In this document: piece by piece, positions 9,575-17,494 of the stretch | How the letters are laid out: every line of letters starts with the position of its first letter | Numbering within the stretch: the stretch's first letter is position 1 | Origin: an uncultured Bifidobacteriales bacterium | Lineage (GTDB): Bacteria > Fibrobacterota > Fibrobacteria > UBA11236 > JADFYW01 | Direction of reading: 5' to 3' | Length of the DNA stretch: 28,656 nucleotides | Assembly (NCBI GenBank): GCA_964557725.1 | Contig: CAZLBO010000001.1 | Location: forward strand, 1-28,656 | Notes under the pieces: model-generated | The model's database searches: none | Told to the model about the DNA's origin: nothing | The model's input: only the letters and a program-made list of their open reading frames with translations | Translations under genes and position numbers: made by a program

Positions 9575-9824
9575 TGATTCTACTTTGTTTTCAATTCATT
9601 GGCCTGTCAATGATGACAATAGAATGGGCTTCAGTACAAAAAATGCTCCTCAAAAGAAATTTTTTTGAATAATATCCCCTGACAGTAGACTCTTCGTCTT
9701 TTTTTTGTTATAGTTATTATCCAAACAGTTTTTGGGGCTCTTGTTGAAAACAAAATCAGCCTCAAAACAGGGAACCACCAGTCATTTAAATATGGCATCA
9801 ATTTAAAAAAGGAATTATCCAACC

Positions 9825-10202
9825 ATGGCTCAAAAATTCAAATCATCAGGCGCAAGCACTGTTCTTAAAGCACTATCTGATCCTACTCGATTATCAGTTT
9901 TAGAAATGCTTCTTGAAAAAGATTCTTATGTCAGTGAGTTTATTAACGTTTTAAAAATTGAACCCACTCTTTTGTCTCACCACCTATCTATCTTGAGAGG
10001 CCAAGGGCTAATCGAACCTACTAGACAAGGCAAAACTGTTCTTTACAAGATCACTAAAGGCACTAAAATTTCAGGAAAAAATGTTGGGTTGAACTTAGGA
10101 CCTTGCAAATTAGTGTTTACAGGTGAAATCGTTAAACCTGTTGCGAAGAAAACTGCTAAAAAAGTAGCCAAAAAAGCTGCTAAACGCAAATCTTCAAAAT
10201 AA
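9825..10202 (+). CDS. ArsR/SmtB family transcriptional regulator with Lys/Ala-rich tail
   Basis: 'LKALSDPTRLSVLEML', 'LLSHHLSILRGQGLI..TRQGKTVLY' wHTH signature; tail VAKK-TAKK-VAKK-AAKR. Confidence 0.9.
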   Translation: MAQKFKSSGASTVLKALSDPTRLSVLEMLLEKDSYVSEFINVLKIEPTLLSHHLSILRGQGLIEPTRQGKTVLYKITKGTKISGKNVGLNLGPCKLVFTGEIVKPVAKKTAKKVAKKAAKRKSSK

Positions 10203-10217
10203 AAACCGTCTATTATT

Positions 10218-10256
10218 AAAAAAAGCCTTTCTCCACTTAGGGGAAGGGCTTTTTTT
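10218..10256 (+). terminator. Intrinsic terminator after the ArsR gene
   Basis: Stem AAAGCCTTTCTCC/GGGGAAGGGCTTT with two G-U pairs, 5-nt loop, T7 tail. Confidence 0.85.
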
Positions 10257-10339
10257 ATTGCTTTTGATTTTTTGCAAGGAAAAGGTAAATTGTAAGCCAG
10301 AAAGACACAGCAAGCGACTGTTGCCTTGATTTTTAACAA

Positions 10340-11629
10340 GTGGAAATGATTATGAAAAACATGAAAAAAATACTTTTTTTAGGAATAACTCTAGCCTCTA
10401 GCCTTTGGGCCAAGAGCAGGCCTGTTGTTATTTGGGTAAACTCTTATACTGATCTCAATTATTACAAAAACATGGCGGAAGTTTACAAAAAAAAGGTAGA
10501 CCCCTCTTTTTCCGCAGAAGTCTTATCCTACGGGTTTATGGATATGCCAAACAAGCTAGCCCTAACCATTAAAACAGGCGTCAATCCACCCGATCTTGTT
10601 CAATTAGATGAGTTAAATTTTAGTGTTTATTTAAATTCTAAAACCGTTCCTTTTTTGGATCTCACAGAAAAAGCCCGCTCAGCGGGGATCACTCAAAACA
10701 TTCACCCTAACCGCATGGGCTTATTTTCATATAAGAACCATGTCTATGGAATCCCTCAATCCATGAGTGCTGTCGTATTATACTACAGAAGCGACCTCTT
10801 TCAAAAACACAATATTGACCCTTCCTCCCTTACTACTTGGGAATCTTTTTACAAAGCGGGGCTAAAAATAAAGGCCGACAGAAGAGCTTTACTTGCTTTG
10901 GATTGGTCTTATATTGAGATGCTTGTTAAACAACGTGGCTCTGATTTATTTAAACCTGATGGCTCCATCAACCTAGATGACCCAATTGTAATTGAATGTA
11001 TTGAGTTTTTAAGAAAAATGGTAAAAAATGGCGTTGGCGAAATTCCTGATAGAGGCTCTCTTTATGATCCTACCTTTTTTAGCGGAGATGTGGCTAACGG
11101 TGAGATTTTATCTGTAATTGGAGCAGGTTGGTACGGTCTTGACATGCTAGCAGCTTTTACCCCCGAAGAATTAAAAGGTACTTGGAGCTTTATCCCACTA
11201 CCAAAGTGGAGCAAAAAAGAATCCCCCATCCAAAGAAGAACATCTACTTTTTCTGGCCAAGGGCTATTGATCTTTAAAAAGAGTAAACAAGTAGACAAAG
11301 CATGGGGTTTTATGAAGTGGGTAATGACCGACTTAGATGCCAATGTTGAACGCTACTTACAAGGAAATTCTTTTCCTTGTTTTAAACCTGCTTGGGTAGA
11401 TGGCCGTTTGAGCCGAAAAGATCCTGTTTTTAACAATCAATCTTTAGGCGCCATGATGCTGGATTTAGCAAGTGAAATCCCTCCACATATTCAATCGCCT
11501 CACCGCGCAAAACTGGCTAACTTATTAAGAGAAAAATATTGGACAAGCCTTCTCAATGAAGAACGCCCTGTTAAAGAAATGTTACAAGAGCTAAAAAAGG
11601 AAATGAACAAACCTTTCCGACGCAAATAA
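10340..11629 (+). CDS. ABC transporter sugar/oligosaccharide-binding protein (SBP family 1); true start probably 10352 or 10361
   Basis: Signal peptide MKKILFLGITLASSLWA; 'PPDLVQLD', 'YGIPQSMSAVVLYYRSDLFQK', 'TTWESF..AG.KIK', 'GTW...PLP', 'GQGLLIFKKSK..DKAWGFMKW'. Confidence 0.88.
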   Translation: MEMIMKNMKKILFLGITLASSLWAKSRPVVIWVNSYTDLNYYKNMAEVYKKKVDPSFSAEVLSYGFMDMPNKLALTIKTGVNPPDLVQLDELNFSVYLNSKTVPFLDLTEKARSAGITQNIHPNRMGLFSYKNHVYGIPQSMSAVVLYYRSDLFQKHNIDPSSLTTWESFYKAGLKIKADRRALLALDWSYIEMLVKQRGSDLFKPDGSINLDDPIVIECIEFLRKMVKNGVGEIPDRGSLYDPTFFSGDVANGEILSVIGAGWYGLDMLAAFTPEELKGTWSFIPLPKWSKKESPIQRRTSTFSGQGLLIFKKSKQVDKAWGFMKWVMTDLDANVERYLQGNSFPCFKPAWVDGRLSRKDPVFNNQSLGAMMLDLASEIPPHIQSPHRAKLANLLREKYWTSLLNEERPVKEMLQELKKEMNKPFRRK

Positions 11630-11638
11630 ACAACCATC

Positions 11639-11691
11639 CCCCTTCGTGACACATGAAATGATACAACTAATCATTCAAAACAACGAAGGGG
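11639..11691. repeat. Long imperfect inverted repeat between convergent genes
   Basis: Outer arms CCCCTTCGT/ACGAAGGGG (perfect 9 bp); inner arms TGAAATGAT/ATCATTCA. Confidence 0.55.
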
Positions 11692-11750
11692 CGACATAAA
11701 CTACTTCTTATAAAATGAAGAACGCAATCATAAACACAAACCCACCAACC

Positions 11751-11774
11751 CGTCATTCTGGCTTGCCCAGAATC
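11751..11774 (+). repeat. CGTC-tagged REP-like palindrome
   Basis: CGTC-ATTCTGG-CTTGC-CCAGAAT-C has the tag-plus-stem layout of CGTC-type REPs; single copy in this window. Confidence 0.6.
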
Positions 11775-11817
11775 ATTATTACATTCCAGGGCTAGAAGTC
11801 TAGGGTTTGCAAAAAAA

Positions 11818-13248
11818 CTAGTTCTGAGACAAGCTGATTAAATCATCATTAATACGAAGAAACGCGACCTTAGACATTTTTCTCTCTTTGACATTATACA
11901 AGTACAGAAAGCCTTTTTTTGTCATAAGATAGACGTTTATATTGGACACCGCTTCAATTCCCACCACCTCTTTGCCCTGTAAAGCCTCTAGAAAAACACT
12001 CTTCGAGGTAAACTTATTCGACTTTGTTGTTGAAGTAATCAAATTAGACTTCGAGCTTGCTTCAACATAAAGAAACACTGTCGTATCATAGATAGAGATA
12101 AAAGAAAAATCAGCTGAATAAGCCGGAAGCTTCTTTGTGCTTTTATTCTTTACCAGTTCAGCAACATCTTTAAACACTTGAACAGGCTGTTTTGGCTCCG
12201 TATAAACATAAAACTGATCCTCCCAAATATCCGCAATGGACCATTTATGAGGGTAGCGAATAAGCTTTCGGGTTTTTGTCTTTTGATTATATTCAAAAAT
12301 AACACCTAATTTGTTATTAAAAGCATAATCCATTGTTTTGCTAGACAGGTAACTATGCACAACTTTCATTGTATCAGGCAACGCTTTTGAACGATACCAA
12401 TACCCTTTGCACAAATCTAACTCTATTATTGTTGGTATTTTTTCTAATAAAACAGTTTTCAACTGAGGGGTCATAACAGGGCTTCCTATTTTTTCTTTTG
12501 GTCTAAGCTCCGTCATATCTTCTAGGCATGTTACAGCACTAATCGCCACATTAGAAGGGGTTGAGGCCAACAGAATTTCATTAAGAACAAACCCTTTACC
12601 CGACTCAACAATAACATTTTCAATCTCAACCGTATCCCTAAGAAAGGTTCTTCCATCTTCTCTAATTCGAATCAAATGAATTTTATGATTGCCAGTAGCC
12701 AAACCCCTCAACTGAAAAGCCCCCAAAGAGTCCACTTCAGAAAAAACACTTGTTCCAAAAACCACTATCCAAAGGTCATGTTTTGACCCCCCTTTTTGGT
12801 TAATCCTTCCCGTAAGACTTGCAGGTTCTTCGAGCTCAACCGAATCAAGGCTTAAGGTGTCCCCCTCTAACCCTGAGGCATAAACATCTTTAATCCACTG
12901 TAAGTTTCCCTCGTGGTTTAATTCAAGAACAAGAGTGTCCTTCACGTGTACAGAAAAGGTATACCGCCCTAAGCTATCCGTAAAAACAGAAGTATCTATG
13001 GGGGAGCGAAATATAGACCTTTTTAAAAGCGTTGAACTAGGGACGTTTTTAGAAACATGATGAGAGGATCGAGCAAAAACTTCTGCCCCAACAATAGGTG
13101 TACCATTGGTATCTAAAGCCACTCCTGTAATTGTATTCCCTGTTGTCGTCGAAGTCCCAGCCAAGCGGTTTTCTGTACATTGACTTAAAAACAAACACCC
13201 AACTATCACAAAGAAAAGCGTCTCTGCTTTTTTAAAATAATAAGTCAT
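11818..13248 (-). CDS. Lipoprotein with carboxypeptidase-regulatory-like (Ig-like) domains, partner of the TIGR02147 gene
   Basis: Lipobox LSQC followed by 'AGTSTTTGN'; 'ITGVALDTNGTPIVGAEV', 'TDSLGRYTF', 'DSLGAFQLRGLATGNHKI'; start overlaps the upstream stop (ATGA). Confidence 0.85.
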   Translation of the reverse strand: MTYYFKKAETLFFVIVGCLFLSQCTENRLAGTSTTTGNTITGVALDTNGTPIVGAEVFARSSHHVSKNVPSSTLLKRSIFRSPIDTSVFTDSLGRYTFSVHVKDTLVLELNHEGNLQWIKDVYASGLEGDTLSLDSVELEEPASLTGRINQKGGSKHDLWIVVFGTSVFSEVDSLGAFQLRGLATGNHKIHLIRIREDGRTFLRDTVEIENVIVESGKGFVLNEILLASTPSNVAISAVTCLEDMTELRPKEKIGSPVMTPQLKTVLLEKIPTIIELDLCKGYWYRSKALPDTMKVVHSYLSSKTMDYAFNNKLGVIFEYNQKTKTRKLIRYPHKWSIADIWEDQFYVYTEPKQPVQVFKDVAELVKNKSTKKLPAYSADFSFISIYDTTVFLYVEASSKSNLITSTTKSNKFTSKSVFLEALQGKEVVGIEAVSNINVYLMTKKGFLYLYNVKERKMSKVAFLRINDDLISLSQN

Positions 13249-14141
13249 GAAAGAGGCTCCTTTTCCTTAGGAGGGTTATGTTTTTCGCTCAAAGGAAAGA
13301 GTTGCATGTTAAACTGATAAACACGAAATTCATTTTCATCTAAGCGCACAATATTTTCAATATCAGCCAAAAACTGATTCATTTTGTGATTGATTCGATT
13401 CATGCCCTCTTCTGAAATGCTAAAAGTACTCGCAGAAATATTCCGTTCGGCCGAAGGAACGGTTTCCAAAGCTAATTGAGCCTTTTCCATCATAGATTTT
13501 TGGAACCCCCTAATCCACAAAGCGCCAAGTTCAGGCGTAGAGTGAAGCGAGCCGTCCGTGGCCTTCCAAAAACCCTTTTCATTTTTTTCGATTAACTTTA
13601 AATCAGCCAAAAGTTCAAGAGCCTTTCGAGTTTCAATCAGCTTTAAAGGGGGTAATAAAAACTTAGCCAGAGGCTTATGTTCATCCCCTACATCAAGAAC
13701 AGCTAAAGCCTCTCTAATGGCAACATGATACCATTTTTGATAATACTGACTCTCTTTTGCCGTCAATTCCTTTGCACTGGGAGGCAATAAATCCACCATC
13801 TTTTCAAAGTGCAACTGCTTTGCTTCTGGGGTTTTTGCATGGGTAAAGGCTACCATACATTCTAAATACTGCGCTTCCACTGAATTTAAATCCAAACCCT
13901 TTGCAAACTTTGGTAACAAGTTAGGCGTCATATTTTGACGTTCTTGCACAAGAAGCAAGTAAATAGCCGATGAATTTATTCCTGCTTTTCGAGAAAAAAA
14001 CCGATAGGAAAAGTTCTTGTTCATCGATTTTTTGTATTGATACAAGTCCTTAAGAAACTTCCGATAGTTAAAATACTTATAAATAGAAACAGGAGCCCCG
14101 CTCTCTGCATCCTCTTTATTTTGTTTCGAAAAATCTGACAT
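13245..14141 (-). CDS. TIGR02147 family protein (N-terminal HTH-like region plus DUF4423-like domain)
   Basis: 'YFNYRKFLKDLYQYKK...FSYRFFSRKAGINS', 'YYQKWYHVAIRE', 'RNISASTFSIS', C-terminal 'VYQFNMQLFPLS'. Confidence 0.9.
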   Translation of the reverse strand: MSDFSKQNKEDAESGAPVSIYKYFNYRKFLKDLYQYKKSMNKNFSYRFFSRKAGINSSAIYLLLVQERQNMTPNLLPKFAKGLDLNSVEAQYLECMVAFTHAKTPEAKQLHFEKMVDLLPPSAKELTAKESQYYQKWYHVAIREALAVLDVGDEHKPLAKFLLPPLKLIETRKALELLADLKLIEKNEKGFWKATDGSLHSTPELGALWIRGFQKSMMEKAQLALETVPSAERNISASTFSISEEGMNRINHKMNQFLADIENIVRLDENEFRVYQFNMQLFPLSEKHNPPKEKEPLS

Positions 14142-14214
14142 TGTCTAAAAAAACCACCTAAAGCATAAACATTTTATAAACAAAAATTACTAAAAACCAT
14201 AACTTTTACTTCTT

Positions 14215-14258
14215 TCATGATAAAAATATAATATTTTTATAAACATGATAGTTCATGA
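14215..14258. promoter_or_regulatory. Palindromic candidate operator upstream of the TIGR02147 operon
   Basis: Perfect ATAAAAATAT-A-ATATTTTTAT (14220-14240), flanked by TCATGA (14215), CATGA (14244) and TCATGA (14253). Confidence 0.45.
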
Positions 14259-14423
14259 TTTTAAAAGATTTATAGCTTTATTTAAGTCTATAAACCACTA
14301 AAAAGAATGACTTATCTGATAGTTTTTCGTGAAGCACTAGCTAATACGAAAACTGTCTCTCCCCAACCCCAAGAGTGGGGGTCGTCTTAGATGACCTCCG
14401 CTCTCCTCCCTCTTTTTTTTCTT

Positions 14424-15359
14424 TTACCCTAGTAGCTTATCAACCGCTTCTTTTAGGGCTTTTTCCTTCTCTAATCGAGGAAAATATGCAATCCAGTCTT
14501 TTTTCTGACTTTTAACCTGTAAAACTAAATCTTTTATTTTGTGAGGGCTTGGCTGTAACTCGGATCCTTTGGGTAGAGTAAACGAAAAGCCCCAACAATT
14601 TTTTAAGCTTTTATTAAAGGCTTCTGTCAAAAACATCAACAAAAACAGCTTCCAAAAACGAACCCTCCATTCATTTTGAGGCCCATCGGGAAAATAGCAC
14701 CTCCATTGCCCTTTTTTCGCCAAAACACCCAACTCCTTATCAGGATGAACACAACAAGGGAACTCTGCAAACTCTAATAGAGGTAAGTCTGTAATGCTGT
14801 CTGAATAAGCAAACGCCCTGCATTCCCCTTCAATATTGGGGTAAAGCCGACGAAGCAAGTGTATTTTATTCTCCTTTTTTATGTTTCCGTGCTCATACTG
14901 AGGAAAGCGAAATAAACCTTTTTTAGGAAAAACAACCTCTGTCCCCAATACAATACACTCGGGTAAGAATGATTTTAACTCCTTTAGATAGAACGTGGCG
15001 CTAGCAGAGATAATTACAACTTGATGCCCTAATGCTTGGTGAAGACAAAGCAACTCCCACATTTCTCGGTAACACCTTGGAATCAACTCTTCCTTGGCAA
15101 AGGAAGCTGTTAGTTCTTCTAATTTTTCTTGTTTCTCATATCCAACAGGCAATAAAAAGATTCTTTTTAAGAAGGCTCCATCAATTAAACGCAAAAGATA
15201 AAGAAGAATACCTATTCCATTAAAAATCAGAAAAAATCGGCGAAAAGGGCGTTTTTTATAATAATACCGCATCCAATAGAGAAGACTGTCCCCTTTAAAT
15301 AGGGTGTCATCAAAATCAAAGAAAACGGGTTTTTTTATTTCTTGCTTTTTTTTGCTCAT
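14424..15359 (-). CDS. HAD-IB family hydrolase (phosphatase); the track extends it to a TTG at 15392
   Basis: Motif I 'FFDFDDTL', motif II 'IISAS', motif III Lys, motif IV 'YSDSITDLPLL'; 'VHPD'; carries an extra C-terminal region of about 80 aa. Confidence 0.88.
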   Translation of the reverse strand: MSKKKQEIKKPVFFDFDDTLFKGDSLLYWMRYYYKKRPFRRFFLIFNGIGILLYLLRLIDGAFLKRIFLLPVGYEKQEKLEELTASFAKEELIPRCYREMWELLCLHQALGHQVVIISASATFYLKELKSFLPECIVLGTEVVFPKKGLFRFPQYEHGNIKKENKIHLLRRLYPNIEGECRAFAYSDSITDLPLLEFAEFPCCVHPDKELGVLAKKGQWRCYFPDGPQNEWRVRFWKLFLLMFLTEAFNKSLKNCWGFSFTLPKGSELQPSPHKIKDLVLQVKSQKKDWIAYFPRLEKEKALKEAVDKLLG

Positions 15360-15513
15360 AGGAAAGGAATATAATGATTTTGGTAGGAGCAAAACAAATA
15401 TAGAGTATTTAAAACTATTTTATAAAGCACAGGAGAGGGGTAATTAATAATTACAAATAAAAATGATTTTGTATGTTATTAATCGCCTATAAATTAAGGG
15501 GAACTTTCTGGAA

Positions 15514-17391
15514 ATGATTGAATCTATGAATGTAGTTATCGAAAAAACCAAAACAATACTTCAACAAGAACTTACCAGCTCTCGATTGATCGCAACCATT
15601 AAGCGCCTTAACTCTAAAAAAGAGATTCCCAAAGGGTTTCGAAACCTTACTCCTGAAGAGATTAAAAGCTTAGAATCCAGCGGAAACCGGTCTTCTGATT
15701 GGGGGCAAGTTTTTGTCCACCCTCAATTTAAATCTTATTTTATTTTAAACTGCTTCTTCTCTGGTACAGTGGTGTTAGGTCTGATTGAAGGAAGCATCTC
15801 CACTCCCCACGGAATCGATGTTCCTGCAGGCCTTTTCAATAGTCATATTCAAGACTCTTTTATCGGTAAAGCAAAAATTCAAAATGTAACCTTACTCGCA
15901 AACTATTACATTGAAGACAATACATCTATTCTTAACATCGGCACTTTAATACAAAAAAATAAAACCTCCTTTAGCATCGGCAATCGCATCCACCCAGGTA
16001 GTGAATCAGAATGTCGATCCGTTTGGGTTTTAGAAGGCCTCAACATTGAACTCGCCGACTGGTTTGCCCATATCACTCCCGATATTCAACCTGAAGTGGA
16101 AAAGCTAATGGAGGCACACAAAAAACATTACCTTTGTAAAAAGGGATACATTGGATCGGGGTCATATGTTGCCAACACAAAGTCTATTATTGATACATGG
16201 ATTGGTCCAGGAAGCATTGTGGATGGCGCCAATCGAATTGTAAATTCCGCTTTATTAAGCTCAGAAAAAAGACCGAGTCAAATAAAAAGCTCTTCCATGG
16301 TAGAGCATTGTGTTTTGCAAGAATGCGCTCAAATCAATACAGGGGCAATGATTACCCATACATCCTTAATTGAACATTCCGAAGTTGGGGAAAAGGCTGT
16401 GGTTAACCAATCTATTATTGGCCCTAACTCTCATATCTACAAAGGGGAAGTTTCCTCCTCTCTCGTTGGCCCTTTTATTGGCTTCCACCATCAAGCACTC
16501 TTGATTTCTACCCTTTGGGCTGTAGGCAAAGGCAATGTGGCTTATGGAGCAAATATTGGAAGTAACCACACTAGTCGTAAACCTGATCAAGAGGTTGTAA
16601 TGGGAGAGGGAATCTTTTTTGGTTTAGGTTGTCACATCAAGTTTCCTTGTAATTTCAAAAACTCACCCCACTCCTTAATTGCTACAGGGGTCACCCTTAT
16701 TCCCCAAAAAATTGAGTTGCCTTTTGCTTTAATCACTCCTCCTGCAGACTATCATTTTGATATTCCTGTGAGTTATAATGAGGTTATTCCTGGTTGGATG
16801 TGGGGCTCTAATCCTTATGCCATTTTTAGAAACATGTTTAAGTACCGTGACAGAAACAAGAGTAGACACGCGATTCCTAGCACTGTTTTTTCAGTAGAGA
16901 CCGCAAAAACTGTTCTCAATGCCTTTAGTATATTTTCAAAAATAACTATTAAGCGAAAGGTTTACACTGACCTAGACATTCCTCAAATTGGTAAAAACAT
17001 TTTGGCAGAGCGACAACGCGCCCGTGCAGTTGTTGCTTATGAGGATTTCCTTTACTTCTTTCTTTTAAACCAATCTATGGATGCCCACTTTGCCTTACAA
17101 GAGACTAAGCTAATCCGTGAAATCATGGAAGCCCTTAGCATCCAAGAGCCACTTAACCATTATCTAAAAAACAATTTTAAACGTATCGATAACCTTATGA
17201 GCCGTGTTTATGGTTCTATTGGTCGAGATGAAGAACGCGGCCAAGTGATCCATGATGACTACATGGACTTTCACCCCCCCATTAAAGAGTTCCCTGATTC
17301 CGATAAAGTCGTTCAACGGTTACTGGTTGAATTGAACCTTTGGAAAAAAGCTTTGGAAGAGCTGAAGACAGTCTCTCAACCAGTTGTTTAA
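15514..17391 (+). CDS. DUF4954-like protein with left-handed beta-helix (hexapeptide-like) repeats
   Basis: 'RNLTPEEIKSLESSGNRSSDWGQV' N-terminus; I/V-x-G-x repeats; 'GSNHTSRKPDQE..GEGIFFGLG..IKFP'. Confidence 0.75.
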   Translation: MIESMNVVIEKTKTILQQELTSSRLIATIKRLNSKKEIPKGFRNLTPEEIKSLESSGNRSSDWGQVFVHPQFKSYFILNCFFSGTVVLGLIEGSISTPHGIDVPAGLFNSHIQDSFIGKAKIQNVTLLANYYIEDNTSILNIGTLIQKNKTSFSIGNRIHPGSESECRSVWVLEGLNIELADWFAHITPDIQPEVEKLMEAHKKHYLCKKGYIGSGSYVANTKSIIDTWIGPGSIVDGANRIVNSALLSSEKRPSQIKSSSMVEHCVLQECAQINTGAMITHTSLIEHSEVGEKAVVNQSIIGPNSHIYKGEVSSSLVGPFIGFHHQALLISTLWAVGKGNVAYGANIGSNHTSRKPDQEVVMGEGIFFGLGCHIKFPCNFKNSPHSLIATGVTLIPQKIELPFALITPPADYHFDIPVSYNEVIPGWMWGSNPYAIFRNMFKYRDRNKSRHAIPSTVFSVETAKTVLNAFSIFSKITIKRKVYTDLDIPQIGKNILAERQRARAVVAYEDFLYFFLLNQSMDAHFALQETKLIREIMEALSIQEPLNHYLKNNFKRIDNLMSRVYGSIGRDEERGQVIHDDYMDFHPPIKEFPDSDKVVQRLLVELNLWKKALEELKTVSQPVV

Positions 17392-17425
17392 TTAAGGTAA
17401 AGTTACCAGCACCCACAGACTTTTC

Positions 17426-17446
17426 GAGCTATATTATACTTAGCTC
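17426..17446. promoter_or_regulatory. Palindrome GAGCTA-N9-TAGCTC enclosing a -10-like sequence upstream of the sulfatase
   Basis: The arms flank TATTATACT, which contains TATACT; about 50-70 nt before the ATG at 17495. Confidence 0.4.
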
Positions 17447-17494
17447 ATGATTATAATTTTATTTTCTGAGTTTCTTTAAACAAACGGGAATAGA

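Noticed and set aside
9631-9822. 63-aa minus-strand ORF upstream of ArsR
   Set aside because: TTG start sits on the ArsR RBS region, low-complexity hydrophobic/AT composition, most likely promoter DNA
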